Shown: positions 55,568 through 64,000 of the stretch, piece by piece
Position numbering within the stretch: position 1 is the stretch's first letter
Layout of the letters: each line of letters opens with the position of its first letter
From: Eledone cirrhosa
Lineage: Eukaryota
Assembly (NCBI GenBank): GCA_964016885.1
Contig: OZ024743.1
Span: 60,016,001-60,080,000 of the forward strand
Reading direction: 5' to 3'
DNA length: 64,000 nucleotides
Notes under the pieces: generated by a model
Databases searched by the model: none
What the model saw: only the letters and a program-made list of their open reading frames with translations
Told to the model about the DNA's origin: nothing
Program-made: the position numbers and the translations under genes

Positions 55568-57543
55568 CACTGGTCAACAAAAAAATATTCATTTCATGGT
55601 TCTGGTATAATTTAGTATGATTCTAGGGTAACCAAGTGTGCAGAATCTGAATATGACAACGGTTAAGCTGTATCGGGTCTAGTTTTCAAGAACCAGCATA
55701 TCCATGTTTATGACCCATAGCTATGTGGCTCATATTACTTCATCCAATTGTATCCACTATATTTAGTTATTAACTAATTTATATTTACTGCTTTTGTTTT
55801 AGATCACAGAATTGTAACTATCCTCAGCTATTCTTGGATAATTCACAACAACTTTGACTAGTGGGAGAGATGGAACGCCGGAAATGTGTAAATGACCCGG
55901 ACCGATTTTGCTATATTTGTGGACTCTTTACCCCAGAAAGCATAAAGAAACCAATCACAAAAGCAGTTCGAGTAAACTACAAATGCTACTTCAAATGTCC
56001 ATTAGGAGACCAGGACAAGAAATGGGCGCCTCATATAGCGTGTAGGTCATGTGTTATTCACCTAAGTGAATGGAAGAATGGGAAACGAAGCTCTGGTTTG
56101 CCATTTGCCATACCAATGGTGTGGCGAGAACCAAAAGACCACAATAACGATTGCTACTTCTGCCATATAAACATCCAAGGAATAACTGTGAAGACACGAA
56201 CTACACTTCAATACCCCGATATCTCGTCAGCAATCCGACCAGCACCTCACAGTGACGAATTACCTGTTCCAGTTCCACCTGATGAACACGAGCTAATCTC
56301 TGATTCTGATTCCAGTAGCACCCCTATTGATGATGACTATCAAGACGAACATGAGACAAGTGAACCCATACCATTTAACCAGGAAGCTCTTCACGATCTC
56401 ATTAAAGACCTACATTTGTCTAAAGAAAAGGCAGATCTCCTGGGATCAAGACTGAAGCAACGAGACCTGCTGGAACCTGGCGTCGGCATTACAGCCGCTA
56501 GTCATCGTCATAAAGAACTTAATTAGTCTACTTCTAGGTCTTCAGACTGGTTACACAAAGCATATGTGTATTCTATGTTTGTGGAATAGTAGAGCAGATG
56601 CGGAGCACTACATGAAGAAGGATTGGCCAACAAGACCAAGGGATGCACCCGTAGATTCAACTGTCTTTACAAACCTTTCGTGGATCCAGAAAAAGTATTC
56701 CTCCTTCCATTACATCTCAAATTAGGCTTGGCCAAAAACTTTATTAAAAGCATGGATCATACAGGTAATGGGTTTCAGTACTTGTGTAAGAAATTGGGTA
56801 GTGTGGTATCTGAAGCAAAGTTAAAACAGGGGTTTTGAATGGTCCTCAGATTCGTATGCTGGTTAATGATAGTGAGTTTACGAAAACACTAAACCCTTTG
56901 GAGACTAATGCATGGAAATCATTTGTAGATGTGACACAGAACCTTCTTGGAAACCACCGTGCAGACAACTATAAAGAAATTGTTGAAACCGTGATACAAA
57001 ATTATCGCGAATGTCGTTGAAGCTTCATTTCTTCCATTCTCATCTGGATTTCTTCCCAAGTAATCTAGGAGACATCAGTGATGAACATGGAGAGAGAGGT
57101 TTCACCAGGTTTCATAGTGGAGAGTAGGTATCAGGGTCGGTTCAATCCCAACATGATGGGAGACTACTGCTGGACACTGCAACGTGAGGAGAGTCAGAAA
57201 AACAAGCGTAAAAGCGAAATCCAGAAATTTGTTTAGAAATGTTTTGAAATATTTTGCTATGTTCAGAATGTTGTTCAGAAATGTTTTGTTAATATACTAA
57301 GTGTTAAAAAAATAAATAAAAATGTGTTTATATATTTTTTATTAATAAGTTAATATGTTTATACCGAAGTCATCATATGTTACACAATGGATAAATAATA
57401 CAATACGAGGAACATATTTTCGATCTCATATTAAGGTATTCTGGTCCGATATCAAAAATGAATATCAAAACTGAATTTAGTGCTATGAAATTAGTAAGAT
57501 GCATATATTCACATATAAGAACCATTTTGCCTGTTGACCAGTG
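55568..57543 (+). mobile_element. Chapaev3-type (CMC superfamily) DNA transposon, internally deleted
   Basis: TIRs cactggtcaaca / tgttgaccagtg; 3-bp TTA TSD (55565-55567, 57544-57546). Confidence 0.85.
55870..57236 (+). pseudogene. Chapaev3 transposase, disrupted
   Basis: CVNDPDRFCYICG..LGDQDKKWAPH..IPMVWREPKDHNNDCYFC; LPLHLKLGLAKNFIK; GPQIR; HFFHSHLDFFP..SDEHGE; RYQGRFNPNMMGDYCW. Confidence 0.9.
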
Positions 57544-58178
57544 TTATCAATCTATGAGGCATGATGTAATGGCCAACACATTATATAATGCAATCTGTAA
57601 AAAGGACAGCCCTGAAAACAATCATATAAAAAGTTACAGCAATGTGGAGAACATATAGTAAATGTAACTGGTGGAATGTTTCATTCAAAACTGCAATGAA
57701 ATGTAAATACATAAATAGAGACGAAGTGATATGAGACAGATAGAGAACGCATGAACAGTAGAACATTTATCCTGAACTAATGAGTTCTCTGTAGATACTC
57801 CACACTGACTATACATTTAGATTTCGATTTGTGATCATTGGGGTTCTAGGATACGTTACTACCTTCTTCAGTATAAATCTTCAGAAGTTTCGCTTCACAG
57901 AAGTAGAATGAGGACGGCTGGTGAGGAAATTGCAAGTACAGTTTATCAATGGAACAGTAAACGAAATATGGAAAACATTTAAGATATTCAGCATCTAATA
58001 ACGGCATATACACATGTATAGACTCGGAAACATATGCACATGTACACATATAACTCAAAACATACGGTTCAGTACATGAAATAACATCCATACCTGCACA
58101 CACACACAGAGTTGATATTTTCTAAATTCCAATGAAAACATCTTGTCTAAGTTGGAAAAATACTCTCTCTCTCTTTCT

Positions 58179-58250
<72 letters not shown>

Positions 58251-58276
58251 ATTGGTAACAATGTACAAAATAATGA

Positions 58277-58450
58277 TTTCTATTATAGGAAAAATGGCAG
58301 CAGTTTTGGGAGAGGAGAAAGTCGATTATATCGACCCCATTGCATTACTGGTGCTTTATTTATCAACCCCGTATGGATGAAAGGCAAATATAATCCCGGC
58401 CGTATTCGAACTCAGAACATAAATGAACGTTCTACTGATACTGGCAATCC
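58277..58450 (-). mobile_element. Diverged SINE
   Basis: cattactggtgctttatttatcaaccccgtatggatgaaaggcaaa..gaactcaga. Confidence 0.75.
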
Positions 58451-61400
58451 ATAGACATCAGAAATGTATAAAATAATTGTTTCTACTTTTGGCACAAAGC
58501 CAGCAATTATACAGTGGATTACTGGTACTTAAAAATAATGAAACCAGAATATCATATATAAAAACACACATTTGTATAGATGCAATTATGTCAGTACATA
58601 TGATTAAGCAGATCACGTATGCATGCTGGCTTGGAAACTATGTACGAGAGTGTGCGTGTGTTTGTGAGTGTGGTTTCACATGCGCGTCTATAAATCATTT
58701 TATAAGATTATACATTTGAAAGTATATAGTATATGTTTGTTATCAGACAGTCATTAACAAATAAAGATGTAACGTTTTCTTCAACTATAAGACGTCCCTC
58801 CTTTTCAGTGTATTTATCATTTAAAATGTTACTATTTGAAGTAAAATATTTATGACGGAAAATAAGAACAATACTATGGTAGATATGTATTTGCTGGATT
58901 TCTGTCGATTATAACGCCCAGTGATCCAGTTTTTCGAACAATAAAACAGTCTGAGCATGAAATCAGCGTGTATTGTCTGAGCATTCGTATAACATTAGCA
59001 TAGTTCTTAAGGAGATTCAACGTGATTATCTGTATGATAAGATTGCTCTATTGACGTACGGCTACAGCTCAGTTTTGCTAGCTTAATGGATTCAAGCAAG
59101 ATGAAATAAACTGATTTTTGTTTTCAAGGACACAACGCCGGTGGTACTTGGTCTCAGAAACTTACAATCATGAGTCGAATACACTATCCACTTAGCCAAG
59201 TGACAGATATAACATGCGATATGGATATAATAGTTTGGTTTATAATAACAAGATATTATGAATGCATTATTATGGTAAGTAGTAGCGGGGTGCTGCATGA
59301 AAGAGACAATCAAGAGACTGAACAAATGGCTTGTGGTATTTATTTACGCCATTACATCTCGAAAGATTAAAGATATTACATTTGTTATATATGTATATAA
59401 TTATTTCTGTAAGAAGTGATATTTTCTGTCTACTTCCGCTACAACTATTATTCAAAATTATCTGCTTAGAAATTAGTATATTTAATTTTTAGTTCTCTTT
59501 GACATGCTACTGTCGGAGTTGCCTTTGATCTTTTCAAGTGGATAAAATAAGTACCAGTCATGAGCTGCGATCGATATTTCCCACATAGACAGACGATAGC
59601 TCGAACACTTCAAATGTCTCCTCAACATTGTGTTTCCGCGTTTATAATCAAGAATGTTCAGTGTTGCAGTGTGTTTTTTATTAAGAGTATTTTACCACAG
59701 CCTCTTGTTGGTCCATGCATTTTGAGTAAAATTATGTAGACTGAAATTGTATGCATAACATTCGGTGATTTGTACCAGTAATTTAAATTTCGACCCATAA
59801 TATACAATATGATACTTGTCTAAGATATCATGCAAGTGATTATAATTGTACTCCTTTTTAATGATACAAATATAGACAAAATTATTCTGCCCGAGAATTT
59901 CGTAACGATTAAATCTACCTCGGGAATCCTCAGTTACATATCATGATTGATCTATGCTTGAAACTGGGAGAGAATCTATTATACCCTTACTGTGATATAT
60001 GTTAGAAATAGATATTATAGCAAATAGCAATTTGATGGAATATCAAATGCGGTAGAGTGCTGGACAAATGAATATCTTTCAGTATATAGGTTAATCAAAC
60101 AGACGTACTTATTTCAATGTTTAGAACTGTAAAATAATGTGTCTGTCTAACCTCCGGAGTTGATATTTTTAGATATGGTAATTCGTCTAAAATTACGTCA
60201 ATTCAGTTGACTGTAAAACAATTCATTTGATTTTATCTCTCCTCCATAAATTACTGACAGTTTGTTAATGGAAGAAATGCTTATTATAACAATATGTTCA
60301 TAATACATTCTGCCCATATTATCAATCCCAATACTGTATGTGTTGATGAGCTCTTTTAGTTTACGAGGTCAAAAGGTAATTATCCTTCAATCAACACTGC
60401 CTCAAAACTAAATTTCAAATTCAAAGCATCTTTCTTTCTAACCACGAGATCATTATTCTTGTTGTTGAGACGTTCTAATTTGCTTTCGACGTTTCCAAGT
60501 TCTTCATTGTAAAATTGTTTGTTGAAAATCCTGAACGTAGAAAACAACTGTAAGTAGAGTGATTTGCTGTAAATAATAGCTTGAAAAATCGGGTAAAATA
60601 CCTCAATACACGAATAAAAAGCAACCAGAGAATCGAAATGCATCTCTCAGATTCCCGCATAAAGAATACTGGTGAGCTAAAGGACCCCCGATGAAAATTA
60701 CCGTATAAATAGAAGCTAAATGACTACCTTTACATTTAAGAATATTTGTAAATAAACAATCGGAATGTGAAGTTGATCAAATTCTTAGAAATTGTAGAAA
60801 ATTTCGACCACAGAATATAAATTTACCTCCAGTCGATTGTTGCAAATAATAACTTTTGAAAATAGGGGGAATAATCCTATAGACGAAAATAAAAACTGAT
60901 CAACAGCGGTTACAGAAAGTCATAATCTTTAACGGTCAAATTCTCAAAAATGTAAGCATTGCGATAACAAGGAAATTGTTACAATTAAATTTTTGTGCAC
61001 CAATGCCATACACACATACGCACATACACAGATAAATATTCTAACACACGTATGCGCTTATAAATGTATGTCTGGTGCCTGTGTATATGTGTCTGAAGGT
61101 AATTATATTTCACAAGAGAAACAGTATTTCATTTGATATATATTTCTGCAATTATTTCTATCAGAAGTGAAAATTCGTGGCTGCTGGCGATAGCCTGATT
61201 AGTTCTGTTGGACAGACGTTTGTCTCTCAAAACCTGTCTCCAGAGAAATGAACATGAAACATTTTTTTTTAATTCTGTATGAATTGTGTTATCCATTAGA
61301 GCAGATAACATTATTGAGATATCATGTGAAAATATTAATTAAATATATAGTTAATATTTTAAGGAATATATCGTTTTTAAAGATAAGACAATTTTGAAAG

Positions 61401-61547
61401 TGAGAAACTTTCCTATATGATGATGGCTAAGGGAACATTTTCAAACTATACAGTAAATAAACCTAATTTAAGATTACATGTTTTACTCCAATATTTACCT
61501 ATTCTTAGACTACAACAATGCAAAGAATTCGTCTCTGGAACTAAGAA

Positions 61548-61612
61548 GTTACGTAATCATATATCCAATCGTTACGTAATTATATAACTAAGCGTTACGT
61601 AATTATATATCT
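61548..61612. repeat. Three ~23-bp tandem repeats (gttacgtaattatata..)
   Basis: Direct inspection. Confidence 0.8.
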
Positions 61613-61953
61613 GAACTCATCTAGTTTGCCTCACTCATAATTCATCCACATGACGTTTGAACATGATAAACATAATGATTAATATGTGCATACCTCCTAC
61701 CAAAATTAAATAAAAAATACAGGATGAACTGCATTCATAATGTTTCAGCGATGTCACTAACCGTCAACATATTCCTTCCATTTCAAACTCCGAATACTTG
61801 AGCCTTCACGCATTACATGTTTGTTATGCTGCTACAAAAACAGAATTACATAGAAGCCAACAGCTGTTACACAGCAGAGCGCTTTCGAAAAAATCTTTTT
61901 GGGATTTACAGTCAACATCTCTTACAAAACCGCTTATCATATAGAACCGCATA

Positions 61954-62061
<108 letters not shown>

Positions 62062-62773
62062 GAGAAAGAGAGATATTGATAATTGCGAAGGCAATATAAG
62101 ATGGAATACCTACAACTGATTTTAGTATTTGGCATTATGTTATGTATACACCGCCATATGCTACTAAATCACATTTTGAAGGATACACATTTTGAGTGCT
62201 TGAATAAAATTGCTCCATCGTTTACTGATTAGAGTACTGCAAACATACCTCGGTTGGTCAACATCCTTTACAAAAATTACATATATATATATTCAAATAT
62301 GTGCGTGCGTGTGTGTGTGTGTGTGGGTGTGTGTGTGTGTGTGCGTGCGTACGTAGGTATAGTGGTAAAATCATTTGTTATTTATTTGACCGTAGAAAAG
62401 CCGGCCATTAATATCTCGTATACATGAAACTAACTGGCCTAATTGCTGATATGCAAATCTGGCTAATCACTGGGTCTACTAATATGCAGATCTGACTGAT
62501 CAGGTAGTCTGCTAATATGCGAATCAGATCGATCTGTCACTGAATATTCCAGAAAATATCAAATATTTTCACTAGCTCTGACAGTTGGTAGGAAAGCTGT
62601 ATAGAGTACAGATGAAGGGTAATCATCTAGAAACATTAGTGCCTAGCGTTCTGTTTATATGCCAACAAAAGATCAATAATGACGGGGCAGTCTACTCACA
62701 TGGCTTAAAGAAAGTATTTGCATAATTGCAAACGAATTGAATATTATTATCATTATTCGAAAAACTCAGATTT

Positions 62774-62969
<196 letters not shown>

Positions 62970-62985
62970 TTTATCAGAGGGGTGT

Positions 62986-63235
62986 TTTATCAGACCCATC
63001 TAAACGAATACAAAGACTAAATGAACTAAAAGCACACTTACCTTAAGAGCCTTCCCACTTGAGATAATTAACAACGGAATAGACAGAGCATAACACGTAC
63101 ATTTTCATTAACTTAACAATCCAAAGCACAGAACCACGAACAGTGCCTTACCATATATATCCACATTCAACCCCAGAAACACTGAAATGTTCGATCACCT
63201 ACACAAAATCTCCCCATTCTATTTAAAAAAATCAT
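62986..63235 (+). pseudogene. Penelope-like RT thumb/linker fragment
   Basis: SDPSKRIQRLNELKAHL / FPLEIINNGIDRA / LPYISTFNPRN. Confidence 0.65.
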
Positions 63236-63379
63236 AGTAAAATTCAAATATAACACAAAAAAAGATAGAGAGAGGGCTGGTGGAAAAATGAAACATGGAT
63301 TACAGGTTAAAGTGTAGTCTAGATAGATGTGAAACATAACGAAAATGTAGTTTATGGAACACCCAAATGATTTAGAACT

Positions 63380-63805
63380 CGACCTTAAGTAGGAGCAATA
63401 ACATTAAGAAAGACATGAACGATATCACAACACTGTTTTGAACATTTTGAAAGTAGGTTTATAAGTATGATTTTCTATAAAATGTTCGTATTTATCTCTG
63501 TGGCCTAGTGGTAGGTACTAGAGACGGTGGAGATGCTAGCCTTGGGTTCAATTCTGGTCAAGAGATACATGTAAACTGTTTCAGTTTTTATTTTACAACC
63601 AATAGAAGAAACTGAAAAGATTTACCGGAACACTACACACGATCAGAACCGAATTTCAGACCGGGAATCCTCCAACTAGGCCACTGCGATAGCTACAAAA
63701 GAATAATGAAAATGGATACTTATAAACCTACTTTCAAAATCAAATTTAAATATATGTGGTGTCGTTCATGATTTTCCTATAGCTATTAATAATATTTAGG
63801 GTCAA
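63380..63805. repeat. Old diverged inverted repeat with convergent tRNA-like heads
   Basis: attttgaaagtaggtttataagtat / atacttataaacctactttcaaaat; gtggcctagtgg..ggttcaattc versus caactaggccac. Confidence 0.6.
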
Positions 63806-64000
63806 CTTCTGGTCATTATTGAAAGTCTCTGGATTTAGCAAAATACATAATATATCTTATTGGAAAAGGTAAGATAGTTTTACTCTTTTGCACTGTTTTG
63901 TTGCTACTTATGTATTTTCGAATTTTATAATTAATAATTATAAAAATAATAGGATAGCATTCTATATGTAGGTGAGCACCCATTCACCTCCTGGCAACCA

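Noticed and set aside
62607-62654. Hammerhead-like acagatgaagggt...gaaac...gttctgt
   Set aside because: Core incomplete and stem II weak; not called as an ncRNA
63500-63565. tRNA gene
   Set aside because: A/B-box-like motifs but no consistent cloverleaf; more like a SINE head

Overview
AT-rich eukaryotic DNA made almost entirely of transposon relics and (TA)n/(CT)n/(TAG)n microsatellites. The tRNA-headed SINE family and repeat make-up suggest a coleoid cephalopod such as Octopus (inference). I found no convincing host-gene exon, tRNA/rRNA or CRISPR array. Main content: several Penelope-like elements (PLEs) and pseudo-LTRs (pLTRs), usually abutting (TA)n and often inverted, carrying about 11 type-I hammerhead ribozyme motifs; a near-complete RTE-clade LINE split by a 5' inversion; a bipartite non-autonomous RTE derivative (4 copies); R4/Dong-like LINE relics; a Chapaev3 DNA transposon; a deleted mariner; Helitron pieces; many SINEs; many fold-back repeats. 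Best leads: (1) an in-frame TAA shared by two diverged PLE families, followed by 19 codons that still look constrained (candidate readthrough/recoding); (2) retrozyme-like units bounded by hammerheads; (3) hammerheads with long stem II and a recurrent C·A pair; (4) repeated rearrangements and SINE insertions at the same pLTR nucleotides. All alignments were done by eye; coordinates of degenerate relics are approximate.
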